DNA of 64,000 bases. Origin: Calditrichia bacterium (GTDB lineage Bacteria; Calditrichota; Calditrichia; Calditrichales; J004). Position numbers and translations under genes: made by a program. The notes beneath the pieces are model-generated. The model was not told the origin of the DNA. It did not search any database and was given only the letters and a program-made list of their open reading frames with translations. Below, piece by piece: positions 28,660-37,486 of this stretch. The stretch covers positions 2,172 through 66,171 of the forward strand of contig JALTKX010000088.1 of the NCBI GenBank assembly GCA_027006055.1, written 5' to 3'. Within the stretch, counting starts at the first letter, position 1; every line of letters begins with the position of its first letter.

Positions 28660-29916
28660 TTATGCCTTGAATAAGCGGCGGTAACGCCTGAGGTTAAGAT
28701 AGGTGTTGTAAAAAATATCATCCAGTACCAGCGCCGCGGAGCCCAGAACACCGGCATATTCATTTAACAGGGCGGCTTCAATGTCAACCGATTTTATGGG
28801 GATGTGCAGTTGATCTTTTTTAACCTTTTCACGGATCAGCTTTATCAACAAGGGTGTTTTTGAGACATGCTCGCTGGCGATAATCAGTATCTCCGGATTG
28901 AGCGTATTGATCAGATTGATGGACAGGATACCAACCAGACCGGCATATTGGCTGATCAGTTCCAGGGCAAAGGCGTCCTTCCGCTCGGCGGATTGCAGGA
29001 TGGAATCCAGGGTGATCTCGCCGTTATTGAGGCTGGTTCGCGCGTTGTTTTCCACGGCGCGGCGGGCGGCATCCACCAGACCCTGTTCCGAAAGAATCTG
29101 CGCAAAATTCTCCTGACCGTTAAACAGGAGATTAAACTCCTCCGCGGAGCGAATATAATAACCGAGTTCATAAAACCCCACCTCGCCGGAACTGGCCGAG
29201 ACGCCCCGGTATAGTTGGCCGTTGATTACAATGCCCGCTCCCAAGCCGTCGCCCGTCCACAGATACACCAGATTCCTGTAATTCCGCCCGTGTCCGAAAT
29301 GGAACTCCCCCAGGGTCATGGCCTTGACATCGTTTTCAATAAAGGTATCAATCCGCAGCGCTTCCTTCAGCCTTTGTTTTATCGGAACATCTTCCCAATC
29401 CTTCAAGGTGTCCGATTCCGATATGCAGCCCTTGGTATAATCGATCAGTCCCGGTATGGAAACACCAATGCCCATGGGTATGGCTTCGGCGGCCCAATCA
29501 TTTTCCTTAAGCAAGGTAATTTGCTCAATAATCCGATCAAGAATCACCTCGAGCTGAGTGCCACTTTGATACTGTATCAGGCTTTTTTCTATGATATTCG
29601 CATCCAGGTCGGTCAGGGCCAGGCGGGCATGGTCTCTTTTTATTTCCACGCCGATACAATAGCCGGCCATGCTGTTAAACTCTAGTAATATGGGCCGGCG
29701 GCCACCCAGCTTGCCCGTTTCTCCCCGGCCGATCTCGCGGATAAAGGACGATTCCAGCAACATGGCTACAATCTCCGATACGGTAGCCTTGGAAATTTTA
29801 TAGGCCTTGGCCAGTTCCGCCCGGGATAGCGGGCCATACTCTTTTATATAACGCAAAAGGTTCAGTTCATTGAAATCGCGTAGTGATTTGGGGCCGTAGC
29901 CAACGGATCTTAACAT
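28660..29916 (-). CDS. ROK-family transcriptional regulator (NagC/XylR-like)
   Basis: N-terminal winged HTH (LNLLRYIKEYGPLSRAELAKAYKISKATVSEIV) and a ROK sugar-kinase-like body (GVSIPGLID, GDGLGAGIVING). It is divergent from the DUF4954 gene. Confidence 0.85.
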   Translation of the reverse strand: MLRSVGYGPKSLRDFNELNLLRYIKEYGPLSRAELAKAYKISKATVSEIVAMLLESSFIREIGRGETGKLGGRRPILLEFNSMAGYCIGVEIKRDHARLALTDLDANIIEKSLIQYQSGTQLEVILDRIIEQITLLKENDWAAEAIPMGIGVSIPGLIDYTKGCISESDTLKDWEDVPIKQRLKEALRIDTFIENDVKAMTLGEFHFGHGRNYRNLVYLWTGDGLGAGIVINGQLYRGVSASSGEVGFYELGYYIRSAEEFNLLFNGQENFAQILSEQGLVDAARRAVENNARTSLNNGEITLDSILQSAERKDAFALELISQYAGLVGILSINLINTLNPEILIIASEHVSKTPLLIKLIREKVKKDQLHIPIKSVDIEAALLNEYAGVLGSAALVLDDIFYNTYLNLRRYRRLFKA

Positions 29917-30049
29917 AAATTATAAAGATATATCCTAATTTGATGCTATATATATTTGACTGTTGTATATTCAATTATACTGAATATGACTCGACAATAT
30001 ACTTAATTTCCTCTAAATCTAAAATCAAAAAAAAGGTACGCTTATTTTT

Positions 30050-31978
30050 ATGACATCCCGGCCAGACTATCGCCCCGTTTCTCCCGGGGAAATTTCCCTG
30101 CTCGAAAGCCGGTTTAACACGGCGGAAAACTGGAAAAATATTTTTATTCACCCGCAGACCGACCCGCATCTCATCACACACACCCATTTTGCGGGAACCG
30201 TATATATCGGCGCGCTGACGGCGCGGGAGAAGGGAGAGCCTCTGCCGGCCGGCATATCCCGTTGCCGCCTTAAAAATGTCCGTATCGGCGATCAGTGCCG
30301 CCTGCATGACGTGGGCCAGTTGAGTGACTATACCATCGGTGATCGCTGCGTTATTTTCAATGTGGGCTTTATGCTGGGCGACCGCCCGCTTTCTCCCTTT
30401 GAAATAAAAGTGGCCAATGAAAACGGCGGCCGGGCCATTCTGGCCTTTCCGGGGATGAACACGGCCGATGCCTGGCTTCAGACCCAATGCCGGGAAGACA
30501 AAACCTTGCACGAACGGCTTCGATTATTGGCCGCGGACTGTTACAAACCCTATGGCGGCATGGCGGAAATAGGCGCGGACTCCCGCATTTACAATTGCCA
30601 AAGCATTCGCGGCGCCTACACCGGCACCCACACGCGCATGGAAAATATTATTTCCCTCAACAATTGCTTTATCGCTTCATCGAAAGAGGGGCCTTCCTTT
30701 TTGGAAAACGGCGTTATTCTGGAAAATGTTATTTTGGACAGACAGAATCATATCCGTAATCACGCGGTACTATCTAACGTGGCCACCGAGGAGAATGTAC
30801 ATGTGGAAAACGGCGCCCGGGTCAGCGATTGTATGATTGGCGCCAATGCGCACATCGCCTGCGGCGAGCTTATCAGCAATCTGCTTTTCCCCTTTCATGA
30901 ACAGCATCATAATAACTCTTTTTTAATCGCCTCCGTTGTTGAAGGCCAATGCAATATAGCGGCCGGGGCGACCATCGGCTCCAACCACAACTCGCGGGCC
31001 GCGGACGGAGAACTTTTTGCCGGCCGGGGGTTTTGGCCCGGATTGGAAACCGACTTTAAACACAACTCCCATTTTGCCCCCTTTACCCTTGTGGCCAAGG
31101 CCAGCTTCGAAAAAGAGTTAAATATTCATCTGCCGCTTTCCCTGGTCAGCAAAAATCCTCAGGGCCGGGTGGTTATCTATCCCGGATATTGGTACTACCA
31201 CAACATGTATGCCCTGGCCCGCAACGCCTGGAAATTTACAAAGCGGGATAAGCGTATACACAGGTCATTGCATATTGAAACGGACTTTTTGGGTCCGGAT
31301 TTGCTAACCGCGATGATTCGGGGTATTGAATTTTTAAGGAAGCGCCTTGACCCCGAACTTTCCCTGAGCGCGTTGCCGGAAAAGGCATCCGAGTTTAACG
31401 CTCCCCGCCATATTGAAGCCGGGGGATTGGTTTACGGGGATAGGGCCGTTATTTTAAATCCCCTGAAAGGTATTTTGGCCTATGGCGAACTGCTGACTTT
31501 TTTCTGCGGCCGCCTCTTTTTACAGGGGACGCCCGCCAACAGCATGGCCTTGATGACCTGGGAAAATTTTGGCGGTCAATTTATTCCCGGCGACCAGGCG
31601 GACAGATTGCGTAGCTCCGTGCGTGCCGGAGATGTAAGCAGCTGGAAGGATATACACCGTTTTTACCGGGAACAGGCCGCGGAGTACGGGGACCATTTAA
31701 GCAGACTGGCCAACCATGTCGCCGCTTTTCTTTTAGATAAAAAAAGTATTAGTGACGAAGACCGGGAATACCTGAAACGGAAAGCCGCTTTAACGGCGGA
31801 GAAGATGCTCAACGGAGCGAAACAGAGCCGCCAAAAGGATTTTGAAAATGAATATCGCTTAAAAAGTTATCGTAACAGCAACGAAATGACGGCGGTTGTG
31901 GGCCGCGGCGAAGACGACCCTTTTTTAAAAGACTATACCCAAACCATGGAATATGTAATTAAAGCCCTGCGGGGATAA
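30050..31978 (+). CDS. DUF4954-family protein (predicted left-handed beta-helix)
   Basis: 642 aa. N-terminus YRPVSPGEISLLESRFNTAENWKNI, imperfect hexapeptide-like repeats in the middle (VRIGDQCRLHDVGQL..., GANAHIACGELI), and a GSNHNSRAADGE motif. This matches my recollection of the ~650-aa DUF4954 family of Bacteroidota. The assignment is from memory, not from a search. Confidence 0.6.
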   Translation: MTSRPDYRPVSPGEISLLESRFNTAENWKNIFIHPQTDPHLITHTHFAGTVYIGALTAREKGEPLPAGISRCRLKNVRIGDQCRLHDVGQLSDYTIGDRCVIFNVGFMLGDRPLSPFEIKVANENGGRAILAFPGMNTADAWLQTQCREDKTLHERLRLLAADCYKPYGGMAEIGADSRIYNCQSIRGAYTGTHTRMENIISLNNCFIASSKEGPSFLENGVILENVILDRQNHIRNHAVLSNVATEENVHVENGARVSDCMIGANAHIACGELISNLLFPFHEQHHNNSFLIASVVEGQCNIAAGATIGSNHNSRAADGELFAGRGFWPGLETDFKHNSHFAPFTLVAKASFEKELNIHLPLSLVSKNPQGRVVIYPGYWYYHNMYALARNAWKFTKRDKRIHRSLHIETDFLGPDLLTAMIRGIEFLRKRLDPELSLSALPEKASEFNAPRHIEAGGLVYGDRAVILNPLKGILAYGELLTFFCGRLFLQGTPANSMALMTWENFGGQFIPGDQADRLRSSVRAGDVSSWKDIHRFYREQAAEYGDHLSRLANHVAAFLLDKKSISDEDREYLKRKAALTAEKMLNGAKQSRQKDFENEYRLKSYRNSNEMTAVVGRGEDDPFLKDYTQTMEYVIKALRG

Positions 31979-32008
31979 TCCAATCTATAAATATGAAAAA
32001 CGGAGACG

Positions 32009-32821
32009 ATGATGGGAAAACTGGAAAAAGCCGAGAAGGCCTATAAAAACCTGGGGTTTCTAAACAGTAAGGCCGCGCGCCCCCTGCGCATTCAGGCGGA
32101 GTACCTGGAGCCGCATGACCGCTTCAGGAGACTGGGTATAAAATCAACCATAATCTTTTTCGGTTCCGCGCGCATAAAACCCATGGAAGAGGCACAGGCT
32201 GCATACAGCGACGCCCAACAGGCTTACGGCAAAAAAGTGAGCCTTCAGACGGAAACCCGTTTAAAACAGGCGGAAAAGATGCTGAACCTTTCGCGCTATT
32301 ATGAAGATGCCGTGGAGCTTTCCAGGCGGCTTACCCTTTGGACCATGGAGCACAACGAGGGGAAACAAAGATATATGATAACCACCGGAGGCGGGCCGGG
32401 CATCATGGAAGCGGCCAACAAGGGCGCCATGGAGGCCGGAGGGCGTTCCATCGGGCTGAACATCTCACTGCCCATGGAACAATACCCCAATCCCTATATC
32501 ACACCGGAATTGAATTTTGAATTCCACTACTTTTTTATGCGCAAATACTGGTTTCTCTACTTTGCCAAGGCCATTGTTGTTTTTCCCGGTGGTTTTGGCA
32601 CCCTGGATGAGATGATGGAAGTACTTACGCTGATTCAAACGAAAAAGGTAAATAAAAAAATGCCCATCGTCCTTTTTGGCCGGGAATTCTGGGATTCCGT
32701 GTTGAATATAGACGCCCTTGTGGAATGGGGCACTATTTCCGCCAGGGATGTTAATCTGTTTAAATACGTGGATACGGTTGATGAGGCGATGGAGATTTTA
32801 CAAACAGGATTAAAGGCCTGA
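32009..32821 (+). CDS. LOG-family / TIGR00730-type Rossmann-fold nucleotide phosphoribohydrolase
   Basis: Motifs TGGGPGIMEAANKGA and PGGFGTLDE. Its start is 30 nt after the DUF4954 stop. Confidence 0.85.
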   Translation: MMGKLEKAEKAYKNLGFLNSKAARPLRIQAEYLEPHDRFRRLGIKSTIIFFGSARIKPMEEAQAAYSDAQQAYGKKVSLQTETRLKQAEKMLNLSRYYEDAVELSRRLTLWTMEHNEGKQRYMITTGGGPGIMEAANKGAMEAGGRSIGLNISLPMEQYPNPYITPELNFEFHYFFMRKYWFLYFAKAIVVFPGGFGTLDEMMEVLTLIQTKKVNKKMPIVLFGREFWDSVLNIDALVEWGTISARDVNLFKYVDTVDEAMEILQTGLKA

Positions 32822-32828
32822 GCAAGCT

Positions 32829-33953
32829 TTAGCGGGTAAAGTCCATGGCTTGTTCAAAATAGTCAAAAAACTGAAGATGGGAGAGATAGGCGTCGGTTTC
32901 GGCATCGCCGCACAGGGGGCTCCAGAATTCGAAACCCACCAATTCTCTTTCAATAAGGCTAACCACCTCGCGCAGAATGATGGCCAGCATCAGAATATCT
33001 TTTTCCGGCCAGGGACCTTCCCCGATTTTAATTTTATATTCGGGATGGGTTTGAATAGACACCCTGGAAATATTTTTAAAATAGGCGCTATGAGTGTGAT
33101 AGGCATAATTTATTGCCCGTTGAGTGACCTTGGGTCCGGCAAAATGTATAAATGCCCGTAGTTTTAACTCCAGATAGCGCGTAAAGGCTTTGTGTGTTTT
33201 TTCATCGGTAACATCCCCGGGCGGTTCGGCGGCTATGGTCTCCGTGGTTACCGTGGGTTGAAGGCTTTCGGGTTCCACGCGAAAGGTGCCCTCCGTCCAG
33301 TCCAGTATTTTATCCAGGGCGTCGTCTTCCTCCAGGTCTTTATAGCGCACATGTTCCAGAATGCCTTTTTTGTAGATAAAAGCGGCCTCTTCTTCCCCGC
33401 TAAAAATCATAATTTTACCGGAAAGAGAGTTTTCCTCCGCATATTTCAGCAGTTGGATAACTCCCAGATCATTCAGGGTGCCTCCGGGCATAAAGCGTTT
33501 ATGGTAAAAGGCTTCTGTTTCCTTTCGGGCAATATTGGCGCTTTTCAGGCGTTGGGTCAGCAGGTGGGTAAGGGTAAGGGTTATACCGGGATTGTGCAGA
33601 ATCAGGTCATCAAATACTTTTTTATCCAGCTTCCACAGCACCACGTCGGTGTCGGCGTAAATACTGGCGGAACGCGGTTCTCCGCTAATGAGGGCCATTT
33701 CCCCGAAGTGGTCTCCGGTCTTTAAGCGGGTAAGAATTATTTCCTCATTTTCATCCTCGATGCGGGCGCATACCTTGACCGTACCTTCCTTTATTATATA
33801 AAAGGAATTGCCCTCGTCGCCTTCCCGGATAATCTGTGTACCGGCCCCTATCACCTCCGTTGCCAGGCTATCGGCGATCAACTCCAGTTCATCATCACCC
33901 ACCTTTGAAAAAAGAGGGATCTTTTTTAGTTGATCTATGCGTTGTTTTTTCAT
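32829..33953 (-). CDS. cyclic-nucleotide-binding + PATAN (DUF4388) domain protein with an uncharacterised C-terminal domain
   Basis: CNB domain with intact phosphate-binding cassette FGEMALISGEPRSASI. PATAN-like segment GTLNDLGVIQLLKYAEENSLSGKIMIF...DALDKILDWTEGTFRVEP. The last ~130 aa are unassigned. There is an ATGA overlap with the upstream paralog. Confidence 0.75.
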   Translation of the reverse strand: MKKQRIDQLKKIPLFSKVGDDELELIADSLATEVIGAGTQIIREGDEGNSFYIIKEGTVKVCARIEDENEEIILTRLKTGDHFGEMALISGEPRSASIYADTDVVLWKLDKKVFDDLILHNPGITLTLTHLLTQRLKSANIARKETEAFYHKRFMPGGTLNDLGVIQLLKYAEENSLSGKIMIFSGEEEAAFIYKKGILEHVRYKDLEEDDALDKILDWTEGTFRVEPESLQPTVTTETIAAEPPGDVTDEKTHKAFTRYLELKLRAFIHFAGPKVTQRAINYAYHTHSAYFKNISRVSIQTHPEYKIKIGEGPWPEKDILMLAIILREVVSLIERELVGFEFWSPLCGDAETDAYLSHLQFFDYFEQAMDFTR

Positions 33954-35050
33954 TGCAGCAGCTTATTTTCAACCAGTTTTACGATCTCGCTCACTTCATG
34001 GGTCTTGGTAATGTCCACATCGGGTACGTCTTTCAATTCCGCTTCCAGATCGGCCTTAACGGCATCGTCGGTAATAAAGATAAAAGGGACATTCTGGGTA
34101 TCGCGAACCTGCTTTACAAACTCCGGCCCCGAACCGTCGGCCAGTTTAATATCACTGATGATAATATCGGGAACAACGGTGTTTATCACATCCAGGGAGC
34201 CGGCAATATTGGAGGCGGTGGAAACCTCATAGCCCAGGCCGCCAAAGGCGCGCTCAATCACCCGGCGCACCACCCTGGAGTTATTCACAATCAGCACTTT
34301 CTTTACCACATCTTCCGTCGAATCATCGGAAGTGGTTTTTAGCGTAAGGGGACGCACATTGATTTCAAATGAGCCGTCCTGCCAGTTTATCATCTTGTCC
34401 AGCGCGGCGTCATCACTTAAGTCTCCCAGTTTTATGCTTAACAGTTCCCCGCGCTCAAACTCAAAAACCCCCAGCTCATTATCATGCTTAATCTTCATAT
34501 CGCCGGTTAGGGAGTTGGCCTCGCAAAAACTGATCAAATCGACCAGAGCCATATCCTTCAGGCTGCCGGAAGGACCGCTGCCATCGGAGCGGGCTTCAAA
34601 ATTATCCTTTTTTTGCCCACTGGCGGACGCAGCTTTTTTCAGCGTATCCCTCAGCCGTTGACTGACAATTTTACCCATGCTTAAGGATATGGAGGGATAT
34701 TTTTCCAGAATAACATCAAAATCGTTTTTATAAAGCACAAAGGTTTCCGTTTTTTCATTGGCCTTAACCGTAGCCGAACGCGGTTCCCCGGTCAACAAAG
34801 CCATCTCGCCGAAATAGTCGCCGCTTTTCAGTGTGGCCACTACCTGCTGATTGCCCTTTTCGCCTATGCAGATATCGGTTTCCCCGGAGATAATGATAAA
34901 CATTTCCTCGCCGGGATCGCCAATCTCACAAATGTTTTCACCCTTTTCGAAGGTTTTAAATTTCAGGCGTTCCACAATAAAATCGATGCTCTCTTTACCA
35001 AGCATTTTAAAGATAGGTACTTTTTTCAGGATTTTGCCTATTTGAATCAT
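33950..35050 (-). CDS. cyclic-nucleotide-binding + PATAN (DUF4388) + receiver domain protein (PatA-type response regulator)
   Basis: CNB cassette FGEMALLTGEPRSATV. PATAN-like GSLKDMALVDLISFCEANSLTGDMKI...AALDKMINWQDGSFEIN. C-terminal REC KVLIVNNSRVV...DIIISDIKL...FIFITDD...ITKT. Confidence 0.75.
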   Translation of the reverse strand: MIQIGKILKKVPIFKMLGKESIDFIVERLKFKTFEKGENICEIGDPGEEMFIIISGETDICIGEKGNQQVVATLKSGDYFGEMALLTGEPRSATVKANEKTETFVLYKNDFDVILEKYPSISLSMGKIVSQRLRDTLKKAASASGQKKDNFEARSDGSGPSGSLKDMALVDLISFCEANSLTGDMKIKHDNELGVFEFERGELLSIKLGDLSDDAALDKMINWQDGSFEINVRPLTLKTTSDDSTEDVVKKVLIVNNSRVVRRVIERAFGGLGYEVSTASNIAGSLDVINTVVPDIIISDIKLADGSGPEFVKQVRDTQNVPFIFITDDAVKADLEAELKDVPDVDITKTHEVSEIVKLVENKLLQ

Positions 35051-35071
35051 AAAGCTACCTTTTCCTTCTGA

Positions 35072-35257
35072 TTAGAATGAGCTTAAATAGTTTAACAGAT
35101 AGAGAACAAAAACAAAAACCACAATGAGCCACCAAATGGGTTTTACTTTTTTGCGCGGCAGGCGCTCAAAAACGATTTTACGTTTCTTTTCTCCGGTTTC
35201 CTTACCGTAGTGTGCAGGAAGTTCAAATTTTCGGTTTTTTTTGTATAAAGTAAACAA
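35072..35257 (-). CDS. possible small tail-anchored membrane protein
   Basis: 61-aa ORF with a TTG start, a basic N-terminus and one C-terminal hydrophobic helix (IWWLIVVFVFVLYLLNYL). There is no homology evidence. It may be non-coding spacer carrying an internal promoter. Confidence 0.3.
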   Translation of the reverse strand: MFTLYKKNRKFELPAHYGKETGEKKRKIVFERLPRKKVKPIWWLIVVFVFVLYLLNYLSSF

Positions 35258-35354
35258 ATCGACACCAATTTATTTAAGATGACTTCAATGCTCAGGGCTC
35301 CCTGTTCGGCGGCGGGCATGTGGGCAATATAGCATAAAGCATAAATCTAATCAA

Positions 35355-37469
35355 TCAGCCGCCGGATTCGGTTTTAGGCAATAAGGATTCCATTCCGGGT
35401 TCAACCGCCGGTAACAGTATCCTGAACTTTGTACCCAGGCCCACGGTACTTTCCACATCAATCTGTCCGCCGTGTTCGCGAACGATCTGGTACACAATGG
35501 CCAGTCCCAGTCCCGTGCCGGTCGCCTTATTGGTAAAAAAAGGGTTGAATATCTGTTCCTTTATTTTGTCGTCAAAACCGGTTCCGGTATCGGCCACAAT
35601 GATTTCCACAAAGCTGTCCGAAAGAAGCCCGGGGTTGCGTTTTCGCCTGTCTATGGCCGGGGTGGCATCCTTGGTGGCATTTTTGGCTATCAACGACACG
35701 GTTCCGCCGTCCGGCATGGCCTGGATGGAATTAAGCAGCATATTAATGAGTACCTGCTGTATCTGGTTGCCATCCACAAACAAATGGAAAAGCTCTTCTT
35801 CGTACTTTTCCTGCAACTGAACATTCTGGGTTTTCATATTTTGCCCCAGCAAGTGGCGAATTTCACGGACGATGGATTGCAGGGAGGTGCGTTTAAGTTC
35901 CGGCCGCGCCGGTTTGGCATATTTGAAAAAAGAACGTAACAGTTCGTCCAGGCGGTCTACCTGACGGATGATGCGTTGCACGTTTTCATGTACCTGTGAG
36001 TCCTCGTCAATCTCCTCTTCCATATTTTGGGCCATGGTCTTAATACCGGCCAGCGGATTGCGAATTTCATGAGCGATTCCCGAAGAGAGCATTCCCAGGG
36101 AGGCCATGCGATCCATGCGCAGTATTTCGGCCTGCAAACGTTTGGTTTGTGATATCTCGGAAAAGACCAGAATATAATAGTTCTGTTTTTGATCCCATTC
36201 CATGGCGTATATGGAATAGCCAATATAAAAATCCAGACTCTGTTCTCTGGGTATTTGCAGTTCCTGGCGTACCACCGGGAAGTTCTTCTTCTCCAGATTG
36301 TTATTGATATGGCTGTATGAGCGTTCATCGAACAACTTTTCCAGGGTTTTTGGTTGTTCACTCATATTGAGAATGAGAAGTCCCGCCTTATTTACATAGT
36401 GCAATCGCTGATGACTATCAAAAATAACCAGTCCAAAATCCACGGCGGACAGCACCGTTTCCAGCAAATAAGAATTACGGGCCACGGAATCCACGGGCAG
36501 CCTTTGAACCACTTTTTCTTCCAGACCACCGGCGGCCAGTTCCAATGCTTCCAGTTGATATACCACCTTTTGGGCGGCTATGGTGGAAAAGGCCAGATCA
36601 TTCTCACTGAAATCGTTTCGATACAGCTTATTCAGCAAAATGAACCCGCCCACCGGTTTTTGCAGTAACACCAGCGGTATAAACAACATACCTGAGATTT
36701 TATAACCCAGAATTTCTTCCAGTTCCCGGATAAAAGGATCGTTAAGACTCTCGCCCTCATATATACGCGGAAAGTTTTCCTTAAACAGTTCCTTAATACT
36801 GGAATTGGCCAGACTGAGGTTGAGCACCCGAAACAGTTCCTTTCCATCATCGGAGAGCAAACGTATTTCCAGTTGATTCTGACCGTTTTTCATAACACCC
36901 AGCACCCCCAGCTCCACGGCCAGCGCCATTTCAAGCCGTTTTATAAAGGTTGTTTGGATATAGTTAAGCAATTTATACTTATCGGAAAAATCGGACAGAC
37001 GTCCCAACTCAAGCAGATGATCCATATAGCTGATCATCTGTTTTTCACCCTCGACAATATTTTTGTACAGGGAAACTTTTCGCTCCAGTTGAGAGAGGTG
37101 TATGCTGTTTCGTATTTCGGCCACCAACAGGTATTTATTGACCGGCTCAAAGATAATGCGGTTATGCGGGTCTTTGTACAGTTGCGAGACCAAACGGATA
37201 TTCTGGGGATCTACAATAAAGACAAAGGGCGTGATGCTGTAGTTTTTTTCCTGCCGCAGCGGTTCGATTTGCCGGTAGTCAAAGTTATCAAAAGAAACAA
37301 AGTCTAAAATCACCAACTCGGGATTTTCTTCAACCAGTAAATCCTGCATGGCCTGAAGAAAATTGCCGGCAATTATCCTGTGCGCGGGATCGTTTAACAG
37401 GTTTATAAAATAATCCAGACGTTCAATGTCATTGGAAACAACGCAGAGGGAAACCTGCCCGGAACTCAT
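35355..37469 (-). CDS. sensor histidine kinase (REC-like N-terminus, GAF-like, PAS, HisKA, HATPase_c), cytoplasmic
   Basis: H-box SSGIAHEIRNPLAGI, N-box QVLINMLLNSIQA, G-boxes DTGTGF and GTGLGLAIV. N-terminal ~125 aa look like a receiver (ELVILDF). No TM segments. Confidence 0.85.
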   Translation of the reverse strand: MSSGQVSLCVVSNDIERLDYFINLLNDPAHRIIAGNFLQAMQDLLVEENPELVILDFVSFDNFDYRQIEPLRQEKNYSITPFVFIVDPQNIRLVSQLYKDPHNRIIFEPVNKYLLVAEIRNSIHLSQLERKVSLYKNIVEGEKQMISYMDHLLELGRLSDFSDKYKLLNYIQTTFIKRLEMALAVELGVLGVMKNGQNQLEIRLLSDDGKELFRVLNLSLANSSIKELFKENFPRIYEGESLNDPFIRELEEILGYKISGMLFIPLVLLQKPVGGFILLNKLYRNDFSENDLAFSTIAAQKVVYQLEALELAAGGLEEKVVQRLPVDSVARNSYLLETVLSAVDFGLVIFDSHQRLHYVNKAGLLILNMSEQPKTLEKLFDERSYSHINNNLEKKNFPVVRQELQIPREQSLDFYIGYSIYAMEWDQKQNYYILVFSEISQTKRLQAEILRMDRMASLGMLSSGIAHEIRNPLAGIKTMAQNMEEEIDEDSQVHENVQRIIRQVDRLDELLRSFFKYAKPARPELKRTSLQSIVREIRHLLGQNMKTQNVQLQEKYEEELFHLFVDGNQIQQVLINMLLNSIQAMPDGGTVSLIAKNATKDATPAIDRRKRNPGLLSDSFVEIIVADTGTGFDDKIKEQIFNPFFTNKATGTGLGLAIVYQIVREHGGQIDVESTVGLGTKFRILLPAVEPGMESLLPKTESGG

Positions 37470-37486
37470 AAATACAACCGCCGTTT

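Noticed and set aside
29975-30511. 178-aa minus-strand ORF overlapping the 5' end of the DUF4954 gene
   Set aside because: It is antisense to a much longer ORF with repeat structure. It would also run across the AT-rich divergent promoter without any start context.
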